From NCBI RefSeq assembly GCF_030144855.1, contig NC_082713.1:52328001-52392000 (forward strand): a stretch of 64,000 bases of DNA. Direction: 5' to 3'. The DNA comes from Hypanus sabinus (lineage: Eukaryota). The notes under the pieces were generated by a model. It saw only the letters and a list, made by a program, of their open reading frames with translations. It made no database searches and was not told the DNA's origin. Every line of letters starts with the position of its first letter. Position 1 is the first letter of the stretch. A program made the position numbers and the translations under genes. Of the stretch, positions 51,681 through 64,000 are shown one piece after another.

Positions 51681-53189
51681 TATACAGTACCGTGCTGGTT
51701 GGAGTGCCTTTAGTGTGCACAGATCCAGGGTAATGTGAGGTGAGTAATAGAAGTTCAACCCTGTTAGAACGCCCACCATGAAAAGAAAATGGTGATGTGG
51801 GTCTCAAAATTTGAGAGAGAAAAGCAAACAGGAAAGGGAGAGAGAGCTGGATAGGTAGTCAGAGAAGGTTTGTAGCAGAAGCAGTTCAGAGAAGTTGTCA
51901 CCATTGTATTATCATAATACACATTAAGAATTCAGATGTGTATAATATATTTCCGTTTAGTATTCTATGACTTAATGGGCGGAAGGGGGAAATAATAGAG
52001 CTGTGAAAAGCAAGGCATGATTTTAAACTGTCTTGTGAGCTATCCACTCCAAAGAAACAATATTACTGTATAGGTTTAAAAATCTGCATGTTTAACCCAG
52101 TCTGTGCTTTCATAGGTTTGAATAGTTTTGTTGTGGCTTCCAAATCAATTTGAAGTCACATAATCAAATCTACCACTCTATGCATCAGTAATTCCACTAC
52201 AGAAAATTCAGCTAAAATGTTTCCGACTGAATAAGGAATGTCAAATTTATTTTTTGTTTTCAGATGCCAGTCAATACTCAGTGCTCTCAACTGATATAAA
52301 ATCTGCTTAAGATCTCCAGTAATTTGTATTCAATTTTTTGGTCCATCTAATTTGAATAATTAGTATTCCAGATACAAATATAATGCTTTCAGAATTGCAC
52401 CACTGGTAAGAGAAAAAAAAACACATCATGTTAAATTAAAGGAGAGTTAAAGGTGAATACAACAAGCAGAGGGACGAAATGTCGAGGTGTCTGCAGAACA
52501 ATAAAAGCATCTCAACTGAGCAGCAGTTTTTATCAAGGCTGGTCAATAAAGAGATTAAAACCAATAGGCCAGGAAGAACACCCACTTGTAGAAATGAGGA
52601 TTTGGGCATGTGATGTAGAGTAAACTTCATCTCCTTTCTAAAGCTAAGTGTTTCTGCTTGTACTCATTGTACCATTCTATGGCACCGTTCCATAAGTCAA
52701 TACTGGAACCAAGACTTGGATCCAATGTTGACACTTCTGCCTTTGTTCCAGTGCAAACTGTGAGCTGCACTGAAGTCAAAGTGTCCTTAGAATGGATGGC
52801 AGGGTAGTAAGACAATGGCAAGTTGCCATTGTATTTCCAGAGATATATTCCAAGATTTTTTAGTCTTGGTCGGTGACTAAATAGGCCACATCGGCTGCAG
52901 AAAACTTTCTTTTATTTAAAACGTTGCAAGCTGTCTTTCATAATGGTTCATTTTTATTCATATGACAAAATAATGTTACTGGGAGTCTACTATCAATTTA
53001 CTATTACATATTATCATTACAAAATTATATTTCTTCAGATAAGAGTACAGTCCAATGATGTATTGTACATTAGGCAGTCTGGATTACACTATTCTTTCAA
53101 GATCTGGAAAGATGGCACTGCACAGCTTCTCTGGGATCAACCAAAGGTGGTGTCTTTTTTTAAAACATTTTTTATGATCACAAGACACA

Positions 53190-53840
53190 ATTGGACATTA
53201 AGAACTTTAAATACTGCAGGTCTACTCCATCAGTGAGTTGTTTGTTGATGGAGAAACTGAAGGAGCTGGACAGTGCAGATTGTGCTGCTGCCTGCATTAG
53301 AGAGGCACCGGAGGAGTTGGTGTGCAAAGGCATTGTGCAGCCTAACAATGAGTGATCATCTTAGTTGCTTTTCTTCTGATTGCAAGACCCTGTTGGCTAT
53401 TGTTAATGTGGACTCACTGACGGCAGGGGAGCTGTGTGGCCTTGGTCATAATGAGGATGAGGTCTCAAGTCATGGTGTCGCCTGTTTACAGCCGCCCAGG
53501 AGAGGGGTGGCAGAGTCATTGTGCTCCACTGAAGGCGGTGTGGTGCAGTGTCCAAGCTGGACTCAGTCTTGTCCTCCCAGTGTTTGCTCAGCAGAAGACC
53601 AGCTGTATTATGTTCAATGGCAGATTGCTACAACATTCATGACTTTGTGGTCTTGGACTATTTTATGTGATTGTATTTTGCTATATATGTGCTTGCTATC
53701 TTACATGTGCTACATCTGCCTTGTGCTGTGTATGACTGTTGGTACTGAGTTTTGCACCTTGGCCCTAGAGTAAAGCTGTTTCATTTGACTGTATTTATGA
53801 GTACTCATGTATAGTTGAATTATAATTAAACTTGAACTTG
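53190..53840 (+). repeat. probable non-autonomous element with a Rex1-like tail
   Basis: Ends ttttgcaccttggccctagag...aattaaacttgaacttga, the same tail type as the minus-strand element at 24533. Confidence 0.5.
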
Positions 53841-53964
53841 AAGGTGCTGCTCTCCCCCAAGTGGAATTAGTTCTGTTTGTTCCCATTAGCAATTATTCTG
53901 ATGCTTACAAGAATAAGCAAGGGAAAAGAACAATAGGAGTGAAAACTTATGTTCCAGCAATAAC

Positions 53965-54235
53965 AAGCACCATCGTAGCATAGCTGTGAGCACGATGCTA
54001 TTGTAGCTTTGGGTGTTGGAGCTGGGAGTTCAATTCCAGCGTCGTCTGTAGGGAGCTTATACGTTCTTTCTGTAACCATGTGGATTTCCTCTGTTTGCTT
54101 TGGTTTCCTCCCACAGTTAGAAGATTAACTAGTCATTATGAATTGTCCTGTGATTAGGCTAGAGTTAAATAGGTTGCTGGGTGACACTGCTCATTGGCCT
54201 GTAAGGGCCTGATCCATGCCGTAATGAATAAAATA
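53965..54235 (+). repeat. tRNA-derived V-SINE/HE1-like SINE
   Basis: ggagttcaattcc box B and tggtttcctcccaca core; homologous to 48865-49125. Confidence 0.7.
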
Positions 54236-54939
54236 ACCAGAATTCATAGAAAAATAACTAAATGAAATTATGAGTCTATAAATACATTTACTTTTAAAAT
54301 TGGTAAACCTTTCAAATGTTCTCCCTATTCTATACCGATCTTCAGTCTACCATGTCATCTTCCTGTCCTGTTTCTAATTGAGTATCATGGGATGTGATAT
54401 CACAAAAGAGCGGAAAATGCTAGTGTCTTTTAAAAATGTTTTAAAAGTTTTTTAAAAAAGTGTAATGTTTGCATATCACAGATTCTTAGGATATTTGGCT
54501 GTTAAATCTGTTTCCAATCCCAGACTGAGATGACATTCATCACAAAAATACCATGGAAAATTGAACAAAATGTGACCTTTGGAAAGTTTTTTAAACTGTC
54601 ATAACAAAACAGTATAAAACAAGATTACTTTTGGAAAAATCAGTAACACTTTGAAGAACAATACACTATATTCCACCTAGGTATTCCTTCTGTAAGTGTG
54701 TTGAATTTAACATATATTAGAAACAGAGTTAAATTTTGTTGAACATGTAATCAATTTGTCATCAGTCCAATGTCAAAATATGTCACTTCCATCAAGTATG
54801 AGGTAGGGATTGTTTAGAGGACAACAATGGCAAAGTGTATTTTAGACTTTAAAAGTAAATTTTAACCTTTGATTTTTATAATGTAAGATATTTTAATAAA
54901 GGAACATCTTATAAATAATGCTAAACCCCATAATGATGT

Positions 54940-55295
54940 GTGGTACAGTAGTGTAATTGGCAGCACAGTAGCATATAGGGGGAAGTACAGTAGTGTAACA
55001 CCCTAATGCTTTATAATGCCAGTGATCCAGGTTCAATTCCTGCCACTGTCTGTATGGAGCTTGTATGTTTTCCCTGTAATGATATTGGTTTCCTTCAGGT
55101 GCTCTGCTTTCCTCCCACATTACAAAGACAAATGTGTTAGGGTCATCAAGTTTTGAGCATGCTTTGTTGGTGCCAGAGGCATGGTGAGATTTCATGGCTG
55201 TCCTCAACACATCCTGGGACTGTGTTGGTCATTGATATACTGGAAATAGTGCATTTCACTATGTTTCAATGTACAGGTGATAAATAAAAGCTATC
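54940..55295 (+). repeat. tRNA-derived V-SINE/HE1-like SINE
   Basis: caggttcaattcctgccactgtctgta...ggtttccttcaggtgctctgctttcctcccaca. Confidence 0.72.
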
Positions 55296-55404
55296 TTCAA
55301 TCTTTATGAACTTTAAATCTTTAAGGAATGAAGGGAAATGAGAACTGCATGGTGGCAGGCCTATTGTATTATAATAATGAACAATTTGCATGACTTCAGT
55401 AGCA

Positions 55405-55715
55405 AGATTATCTTTACTTGTCATATGTACATTGAAACATCCAGCGAAATGCATCATTTTTGACAATGACCAACACAGTCTGGGGTTGTGTTGTGGGACG
55501 GCACACAAGTGTCGCCATGCTTCTAGTGCATTCCCACAACTTACTAACCCTAATGTCTTTGGAAAGTGGGAGGAAACCAGAGCACCTGAAGGAATACCAT
55601 GTGGTCACAGGGAAAACATACAAACTCCTTACAGATAGAAGTGGGAATTGTGTTCCCACAATGATTGCTAGTACTGTAAAGCATTGCACTAACCACTACG
55701 CTACAGTTCTGCCCT
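55405..55715 (-). repeat. tRNA-derived V-SINE/HE1-like SINE, inverted copy
   Basis: Reverse complement of the SINE at 54940-55295 (gtgggaggaaaccagagcacctgaagg). Confidence 0.72.
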
Positions 55716-57040
55716 GTAAAATTCTTCAAATTAAAGATATTATTTTGCAGTCAGCTGACTGTCAGTTTCATTAACAATGCCAATCTCAAAAATATTGATT
55801 TGCTTTTTATCCTAAATGCACACAACTAAACTTTTTTGTTTGGACTGTGTGATCATTGAAAGCAGACAGCTTTTATTTATCTGTTTCTATTCCTTCATAC
55901 TGTAAATATCAAAATTTATATCACCTAATCTATTCTCTTTTAACATGCCTAATTTCTAAGCCCTTCTCTTCATATTTAGTTATAATAACGTGGTGAAGCC
56001 TATCCATTATCTTAAGTTTTTTTTTGAGAATATAGTAATTTCTAAGGTTGGGACATGTTTGGCACAACCTTGTGGGCCGAAGGGCCTGTACTGTGCCCTA
56101 TGTTTTCTATGTTTCTATGTTAATATGAAACACAAAATACTCCAAATTTTGATATTCCTGAGATTTTGTATTGATACACAAATACACTTTGAATTTCATA
56201 TTCCCTTCATATGCTATAAAATCCATCTTCTCTATTTATGTTCTTGGCCTTTATCTACTGGAAGTAGCTTTTAATATTTTGTGATCAGAGCAGTCAAATC
56301 CCACTACATAAATCCCATATTTTGCAGGGAAGCTACCCAACTGGCCTTTTCTCAGCAGAGGTGCAGAACATCTAAAAGATTTCTTTGCATTATAAATAGT
56401 TGGAAGCCAATATATTCAATGCACTTTGAATTAGGAGGCTTCTAAGACCAAAGGTGTGTGTTATATCAATTTTCTGAAAAAAATGGGAATGTAATTTCCC
56501 TTAACTTGCTTTTCAATGAAAACAATCTCGGCATCCTCAGTCTCCATTCTTCAGTTTGTTTCCAATTCAATAATGGACACTTTTTGATTGCCCTTCCCAG
56601 AAGCTATCAGTTGATTACAGTTTATTGCTTGAATACTCAACAGATGGCCCCTTATGTGGTCTTGCAATTTTTAAAACAGAATTTTGTTACTTCTTGGATT
56701 TCGTGGTAATTTAATCCTAAGAGGTAAATGCAATTAAATTTCTCACTACACTTTACATTTTGAAGCAGACCTGAGATAACTTTAGCAAATGAGTTGGATT
56801 TGGGAAGGTGTGCGTGGAATTAATTGGCAAACCCCCAAGATGAGTGGGGGAGTTGTGACACTGATTAATCCTCATGTTAGTTATATTTCAGTCAGTGCAT
56901 TAAATTGTGCTGCCTTTTCTTTTGAACCAGTGCAGCCTTTGCTTGCCATGCTATTTAATGATGCATACATCAGTTCAATATATAAGATCATTAACACTAG
57001 CTCTAATGTAACTCACTGTCAACTGTGAAACTTTAAGCAG

Positions 57041-57204
57041 TGGATAAAGAAGGGAGAATATACACAAGTTTAAAAAGAATGCACAAAGACTTAACAGATC
57101 TTCAGGAAGATCATGAAGAAGTGGAAATCCATGGCATTAACTACACAGAACATGAACCCACGAACGTACAATGAAATGTAATAATCTGAACACAAGGTAT
57201 CAAG
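57041..57204 (+). CDS. candidate exon (weak acceptor aagcag|, donor CAAG|gtgagc)
   Basis: Phase-1 frame (V)DKEGRIYTSLKRMHKDLTDLQEDHEEVEIHGINYTEHEPTNVQ* stops at 57172-57174. An overlapping ATG at 57171 opens MKCNNLNTRYQ, which reaches a phase-1 donor in frame with the 61612 exon. Confidence 0.35.
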
Positions 57205-57299
57205 GTGAGCAAGATAATCTTAAAGAGATTCATCTGGCACATGATGCTGATTGTTCCAAATACTAATTAAGGAGGAGATAGCCGAGGTGACTGAACGTG

Positions 57300-57830
57300 T
57301 GAAAATTTTATAGCACAAACATACTAGATTGGCTGAATTTAAAGTACTTAGACAACTCAACAAGGTTAGATTTGATGCATCCTTGGATTTTTGGAGAAAA
57401 TTGTGTTGTCACTCCTATAAACTTGCTCTCTTTGATAGCAAATGTTACAACAGTTACAGGCCACTTGAGTTAACGGGATCGTAGGAAGGCTTTTTGAAAT
57501 ATTAATCCAGAAGTGACAGAGACATGGAGGATATGAATTAATTAAGGCAGGGCAGTTTGGGTTTGATATGACAGATAGATTTGATGAGGACAGTCCATTT
57601 AATCTGATGTATGTGAATTTACAAAAAGTCTTTGATAAAGTGCCACTTAGTTCCTTCTTTAGCAAGAATAACTTGGTAAATAAAAGAACATTGGCAAAAT
57701 GGGCTAAAAAAATTGGCCAGTAGCAAATATCAAAGAGGCATGGTGAAAAAGCTGGAGGAGGGTGAATAGTGGTATTGTCCAGGGATTGATGCTGAAACCA
57801 TTGCTTTCTTTGAACATGAATGTCCTAAAC
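57300..57830 (+). mobile_element. old CR1 RT remnant
   Basis: PGXDLMHPWI-like start and YVNLQKVFDKVP motif. Confidence 0.55.
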
Positions 57831-58623
57831 CTGATAATCATTTTTATTTAAGAGGCACCCCTTAATCTCTTGTGGCAGTTAAAGTTTCATTTAATCATAT
57901 TGACATGAAATATATGACATTAGCAACCTTACTACATGACTCATTACTGTGCATGCAACATTGCCAATAGCTGTCAAAACAATGTGACTTATCTTTGCAT
58001 ACTGAAAAATGTCGGGTGCCCATAAATGAGAATGCAGTTGAATGTTGCTGGTGCTTTAAGAATAATTTATAACTAAATCAAATTATATATAAAGGGGAAA
58101 TAATGACACTTATTCATCAACTTAAGCACTGCAGTTCCCCATTCCAGCTGGGTTTCAATGTCCTTGCACTGTCTCTCAGTATACCCATGTGTCTGCAGTC
58201 TGTTTGTTGGAAAGTTTTACCAATCCCCTTAAAAATCTATATAAATATGATTGATGGTTCATGAGGAACTCTGAAACCAGATGGGCTGGTGTAAAGCTGC
58301 TGGTATTGAAAAATTGTACAGTCAGGGATTGCTAGCAGTGGTGAGCATAATGCCCAAGTGAAGGTGTTGGGAGATGATGTGTCAGTCTTTTGAACAGTGA
58401 TATCAACATCAGTTGCTGCACACCAGGCAGCAGCTCAGGGGGCTGGGTAGACAATGGCTGCATACTCAAATAAGAGAATGATCTGGTCATACGCGATGAC
58501 CTGCTCTTCATGGAGGATAACTGTTGGTTCATGGCTGTTCATATTCAGCCACCTGTAGATTCCAGAGAATCATGAACTCATCATGAGTGACATTCCTGTG
58601 TCCAGTGAGAGAAAATTCTATAT

Positions 58624-58720
58624 ATTACACAAATGGCATGGCTGAGAGAGATCTCTCTCAATTACACAAATGGCATTACACAAATGGCATGGCTGAGAGA
58701 GATCTCTCTGAGAGAGATCT
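58624..58720. repeat. local tandem duplication containing an 18-bp perfect palindrome
   Basis: attacacaaatggc x3; tgagagagatctctctca at 58643-58660. Confidence 0.8.
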
Positions 58721-58881
58721 TCATGTCATCTGCATATTAGATGCCATATCAAATTGAATTAGGACAGACTCAAAAGTTTGAATTGCTTAAATACCTAAGG
58801 AATTACTGTACCTCTAATTCTGTGGGTAGATAAAACAGGAGGCAAAATTCTTATAAAAACTAAAAAAAATAATAGCCAGAG

Positions 58882-59085
58882 GATCAAGAGACTACAGATG
58901 CTTGAATCTGGAGCAGTACACAATTTGCTGGATGAACACAGTGGGTCAAGCTGCACCTGTGAAGGGGAAGGAACAGTTTACATTTCAGGTTGAGATCCTG
59001 TATCATGATCCAAAGCATTAAAAATTCCTTTATTCTTACAAATCCCGTTCAACCTACTGTTCCTCCAACAGATAGTGTGTTGCTA
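58882..59085. repeat. palindromic Penelope-derived short element
   Basis: Left arm cacaatttgctggatgaacacagtgggtcaag and right arm ttcaacctactgttcctccaacagatagtgtg are degenerate reverse complements. Confidence 0.55.
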
Positions 59086-59379
59086 AAAAATGTCATGTAT
59101 TTTGAAATGTGCAATTATTTCAGTTAGTTTGAACTGAAAATCATAACAAAAATACCTCTACCTAAACAGAACAGTTCAGGAATTTTATGAAGTCAAGAAT
59201 ATAAAAATTTACACCATTACTGTTATAGTAAACAGGATTTTGCTGAATTTGTTGCTGCTGGTTATTCTACTTTTCCAATTTGGTGACCTGGAAGAGGCAA
59301 TGCCTTTTGTACTGGCATCCAAAGATTGGAAATGTGTGACAGTGCTCTTTCTGGGACAAGAGTACAGAGATGTCCAGTC

Positions 59380-60725
59380 ACTCTTCTTAAATATGTGCCT
59401 GCAGGAGAATACAAAATCATTCTTGATGCTCTACAGGTTATGTCACTAGAGCACAAAAACCACTGCAGCAGTATATCACCATTCATACTTAAATGAGGAC
59501 GATTTCCCATAGTTCCATGAGGTTTATGTCAACAGAGGTACTGAGTTGGCTCTATGACTTACAAATGAAGGGGGTGGGGGAGAGGAGGCAAGCTGTGGTG
59601 ATAGGGAATTCATTAGTAAGGGAAACAGACTGGAGGTTCTGTGGGTGAGAATGAGATTCCCAGATGATATGTTGCCTCCCGGGTGCCAGGGTCTGGGTAT
59701 ATCCTGGATCGAGTCTCAGCATTCTTCAGTGGGAGGATGAACAACAAGAGTTTATGGTCCATGTAGATACCAATGACGTTGGTAGGATGAGTGATGAAGT
59801 TCTGCATAGGGAGTACAGAAGGTTAGGCGTGAAGTTAAAAAGCAGGATCACCAGGATTGTGTTCTCAGGATTGCTGCTCGTGTCACATGCTAGTGAGGCT
59901 AGAACTAGGGAGATTATACTGTGTGATGCATGGCTAAGGAGTAGGTGTAGGAGGGAGGACAGACAATTTTTGGATTACTGGCCTCTCTTCCACAGAAGGT
60001 GTGACCTATACAGATGGGACGGTTTGCACTTAAACTGAAATGGGTCTAATATCCTAGCAGGAAGGTTTGTTAAAGCTGTATGGTGGGATTTAAACTAGAG
60101 TTGGAGGGGAGGAGACCTAGAGTGCCAAAACAGTTAATGAAGTTTTGAAGGCAGATGTTGGTTAGACCTCAGACAAGCTTAGGAATCAAATGGTGTGACT
60201 AGTGTCCTGAGCTGCATATATTTCAATGCAAGAAGTATCATAGGAAAGGCAGACGATAGTGCTGAAGATGAGGTATCTGATTTACTAACAGAGGCAATGT
60301 GTGGGGAGGAGAGGTTGTTAGGGTAAAACTGCAGTCAGCAGGATGAATTGCAATGCAAAAGGTGGACAAAATCAAAAATGGTGAATACAGGACTGAAGGT
60401 GTTATATTTGAATGCGGACTAAGGTAGATGAACTTGTAGTGCAGTTGGAGATTGGCATGTATGAAGTTGTAGGCATCACTGAACTATGACTGAAAGAAAG
60501 TTATAGCTGGGAGCTTGACGTCCAAGGATACACATTGTATTGAAATAACAGGCAGGAAAGCAAAGGGGGTGGTGTTGCTGTGTTGGTTTAAAAAAAAAGA
60601 AATCAAATCATTAGAAAGTAGGGATATAGGGTCAGAAGATATTGAATCATTGTGAATGGAGCTAAAGAACAGCAAAGGTAAAAAAGACCCTGATGGGAGT
60701 TGTATACAGACTCCCAAACAGTAGT
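59380..60725 (+). mobile_element. CR1 5' fragment (ORF1 SGNH esterase and start of APE)
   Basis: ICCLPGARV, VHVDTNDVG, VFSGLL, DGLHLN, YFNARSI, GGGVAV. Confidence 0.82.
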
Positions 60726-61611
60726 CTGAGGGTGGGAATCGGGAACATTTTCAATAATGTCACCAAAATGGTTATGCAGTTGGAATCAAAAGGGTAACAG
60801 CTGTGTGAAAGTAATGGAATGCAATGCAAACCATTACTGTTTAGTACATCCTATTTAATTTTCCTCATAACTGTTGTCTATTAACTGCTCAAATATTAAA
60901 TTTAACTAAGAAGATTAGTACTCAAATTTCACTGAATAGTCGGGACTGGATAAATGGTGTCTAGAAAATGACTGCTGTTGCATGCAGAAAATAAGAAACA
61001 GGTCAAAGTGTATACTAGTGAAATAGGAGACAACAATACCTCTCATGTGCTTTCATTTCTCATAGCAATCAATGTCACTCTAATGGTGGAAATATAACTC
61101 AGAGGCAGTATTATAGATTCACTGATCCCAGTAATCAGGTTAAATTTGCTTAGGTCACCGATTCCATGTACCATGAATTGCAAAATACGTTGCAGAAATG
61201 CTGAGAGAAGAAGTTTAACAAAATCTCATGTCAGCACTAAAAACAATACCATAAACATTGGAAATATTTGCATATTCCCAGATATAAATTTGATTCTAAG
61301 TGAAATGATTTTTTATTAACTCATTTGAAATGCTTTACAGCAGTAATGGTGAAATCCAGATCAGCCAGTCTTTTTTATCTAAGTTCAGTTGGACTGTAAT
61401 ATCTAGTTCAACTATAATGAATGCATTTCAGAATTACATATTTGGGATATATATTTACAAATTTGCAATTAAGGTTTAATATAGTCAGAATTATTAAAAG
61501 TATAAAGAAAAAGACTAGTTACATCAATAATATGAAGTAAAATTTTCTCTCAATATGAAGGTCTAGTATTTACTTCTGTAATATACTACTTGTATTTTTA
61601 CTTTACCACAG

Positions 61612-61872
61612 TGGAAGAAACAACACCTGGTCTGACTGTTATTACAGAAGAAGAAAATGTAGTCAATGAAGATAATGAGGATGCAGAGAACATTGATGTC
61701 TGCACATCCAGTCAGGACATCTCTTCTGAGGCTAATACTGGATCAAAGGCTGTGGATGAAATTTCCTATGACCTGTCACCCCAATCACCCATGCCAGAAC
61801 AGGACGATGTGCAAGGAGGACTGAAAACTGAGCTCAAAGTTCTCATAAAACAGTCTCATCAGTGTGAAGAAG
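61612..61872 (+). CDS. candidate 261-nt coding exon (phase 1-1), acidic low-complexity peptide, gene unidentified
   Basis: Acceptor tatttttactttaccacag|; donor GAAG|gtaagg; 87 open codons (V)EETTPGLTVITEEENVVNEDNEDAENIDVCTSSQDISSEANTGSKAVDEISYDLSPQSPMPEQDDVQGGLKTELKVLIKQSHQCEE; no transposon motifs. Confidence 0.72.
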
Positions 61873-62289
61873 GTAAGGAAATGAGGAATTGAAGTTAGTG
61901 AAATGAAGTAAAACCCTAGAGCAATCAAGTGTGTTACAAGGAGAAATAGTGCTAGCCAAAAGGGCTAAAGTTAAATCCATCTGTTATACTTTCTTATAAC
62001 AATATAACTTTTGAATATGTTGCATATGACTGTAGGATTAGTGTAAATGAGTGGCCAATAGTTGTTGTGGATTTGATGGGCCAAAAGGCCTGTTTATCTG
62101 TTTTATCTCTTGTAATCCTTGACTTTTGAATCCTTAATGTAATTCCAGTTACAGTTGTAGCATAATGTTGGAAGCCCTGAATAAATGATGAGCTAAAAGT
62201 TCAAAGCTCATTACAGAAACTGGGGAAACATACTGAGATCTGGAATAAAAAGTTGATTTCAGTAATAACAACAAGAGAAATCGTCAGCT

Positions 62290-62862
62290 GTGGGATTGAG
62301 TTCATTAGCCGAGAGGTAATGTTACAACTGTATAGGACCCTAGTCAGACCCCACATGGGGTCCAGTTCTGGTCACTTCACTACAGGAAGGATGTGGAAAC
62401 TATAGAAAGGGTGCAGAGGAGATTTACAAGGATTTTGCCTGGACTGCAGAGCATGCCTTATGAGAATAGGTTGGTCTTTTCTCCTTGGAGCGATGGAGGA
62501 TGAGAGGTGACCTGATAGAGTTGTATAAGATGATGAGAGGCATTGATTGTGTGAATAGTTGAAGGCTTTTTCCCAGGGCTGAACTGGCTAGAACAAGAGG
62601 GCTCCGTTTTAAGGTGCTTGGAAGTAGGTATTGAGGGGATGTCAGGGGTAAGTTTTTTTATGGAGAGAGTGGTGAGTGAGTGCGTGGAATGGGCTGCTGG
62701 CAAATGTGGTGGAGGTGGATATGATAGGGTCTTTTAAGAGGCTCCTGGATAGGTACATGGAGCTTAGAAACATAGAAGGCTATGGATAACCCTAGGTAAT
62801 TTCTAAAGTACATGTTCGGCACAGCATCGTGCTGTAGGTTTCCTATAGTTCTATGTTTCTAT
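62290..62862 (+). mobile_element. CR1 3' fragment
   Basis: Homologous to 6120-6350 and 17120-17710; (ttctatg)n tail. Confidence 0.88.
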
Positions 62863-62874
62863 GATTTACAAGTC

Positions 62875-63775
62875 ACAGATTACAAGATTTTAAGATTTTC
62901 AAGTTCACACTGATAAGATGGTAGTGCAAGAATTAATGTAATATTATATAGTAATGGGTGCACATTAACACTATACAGATAAGTGATGGTAGTATTGCAC
63001 AATATGCACAGCAGGGTGTGGTAAACAGATCTAAACAATGTTTAAACAGAGCTTTAGTAAACAGAAGCTAATAACAGTCTAACAGGAGGGGGTCATCACT
63101 TCTCTGGCTTTAGGTTGACTGATTATAGAGCCTGATGGCTGAGTGTAAGAATGAGCTCATATAGCGCTCTTTGGAGCAGCGCAGTTGTCTTAGTCCATGA
63201 CTGAGAGTGCTCCTCTTTTCAGCCAAGGTGGCATACGGAGTTGCCCGGATTTTCTGGAAGGTTGTTTGTTCTACTACAGCCTCCGGTGTGTCCAGTTTGA
63301 CTGCTAGAACAGAGCCAGCCTTTCAAATCAGTTTATTGAGCCTGTTTGCATCACCCAACACACCACCACATAGAAGATTGTACTGGCGACAACAGTATGG
63401 TAGAACACGTGAAGGAGAGGCCTGCATACTCCAAAGGACCTCAGTCTCCTCAGGAAGTAGAGGTGATTCTGGCCCTTATTGTACACAGCCTCTGTGTTGG
63501 TGTTCCACTCAAGTCTGTCATATAGGTGCTCCCCCAGGTACTTGTAAGTCCTTACCACATCCACGTCCTTACCATCATTAGTAACAGGGAGCAGTGCAGA
63601 CTTGGTCTTCCTAAGATCCATCACCATCTCCTTTGTCTTACTGATATTGAGCTGCAGATGATTCAGCTTGCACCATTCGTCAGAGTCCTCCACCAAGGTC
63701 CTGTATTCAGCCTTCTGTCCTCCCTTTATACACACAATAATTGCTGAGTCATCAGAGAATTTTTGCAGGTGATAC
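62875..63775 (-). mobile_element. Rex1-type LINE 3' part
   Basis: QKFSDDSAII, WCKLNHLQLNISKTKEM, YKYLG, LYFLRRLRSFGV. Confidence 0.85.
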
Positions 63776-64000
63776 TCTCTACAATCTTGTCAGTAAACAG
63801 TACTGGAAAAGTATTTTAGATAAGTTAAGGAATATTTCAAAGAAATATCCTTGAAGGATAACTTGAAACTCAAAATTAAAGATAATTGAAAATTATTTCT
63901 GTCAATTGTTTTTCCTTGATTTCCTCATTGTCCAATATGGTTGTTAACTCAATTGACCTCTTTTACCATTGTTCTTGTGTTTCTCTATAGTTGAAGGTAT

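Noticed and set aside
48865-55715. tRNA-like box B motifs as tRNA genes
   Set aside because: They are SINE heads with no complete cloverleaf.

Overview
Eukaryotic vertebrate genomic DNA, heavily filled with decayed retroelements: CR1 LINEs, Rex1/Babar-type LINEs, an I/Nimb-type LINE with RNase H, a Ty3/gypsy chromovirus, Penelope-like tails and tRNA-derived V-SINE/HE1-like SINEs. This repeat mix suggests a cartilaginous fish, probably a ray (inference). Two host genes are clear and lie head-to-head about 31 kb apart. On the minus strand are the first two coding exons of a diverged EXOC1/Sec3 paralogue (8820-8697, 687-557), continuing beyond the window start. On the plus strand is a KCTD12b-type GABA-B receptor auxiliary subunit (39939-40778, TFLEQ motif). 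The most interesting structure is that the KCTD12b stop codon sits inside a perfect splice donor (C|GTGAGTga). Three downstream phase-1 exon candidates (50537-50590, 57041-57204, 61612-61872) are in frame with it. They suggest either a spliced, C-terminally extended KCTD12b isoform or the 5' end of an unidentified downstream gene. There is one assembly gap (20405-20600). Repeat boundaries were read by eye and are approximate unless stated otherwise.
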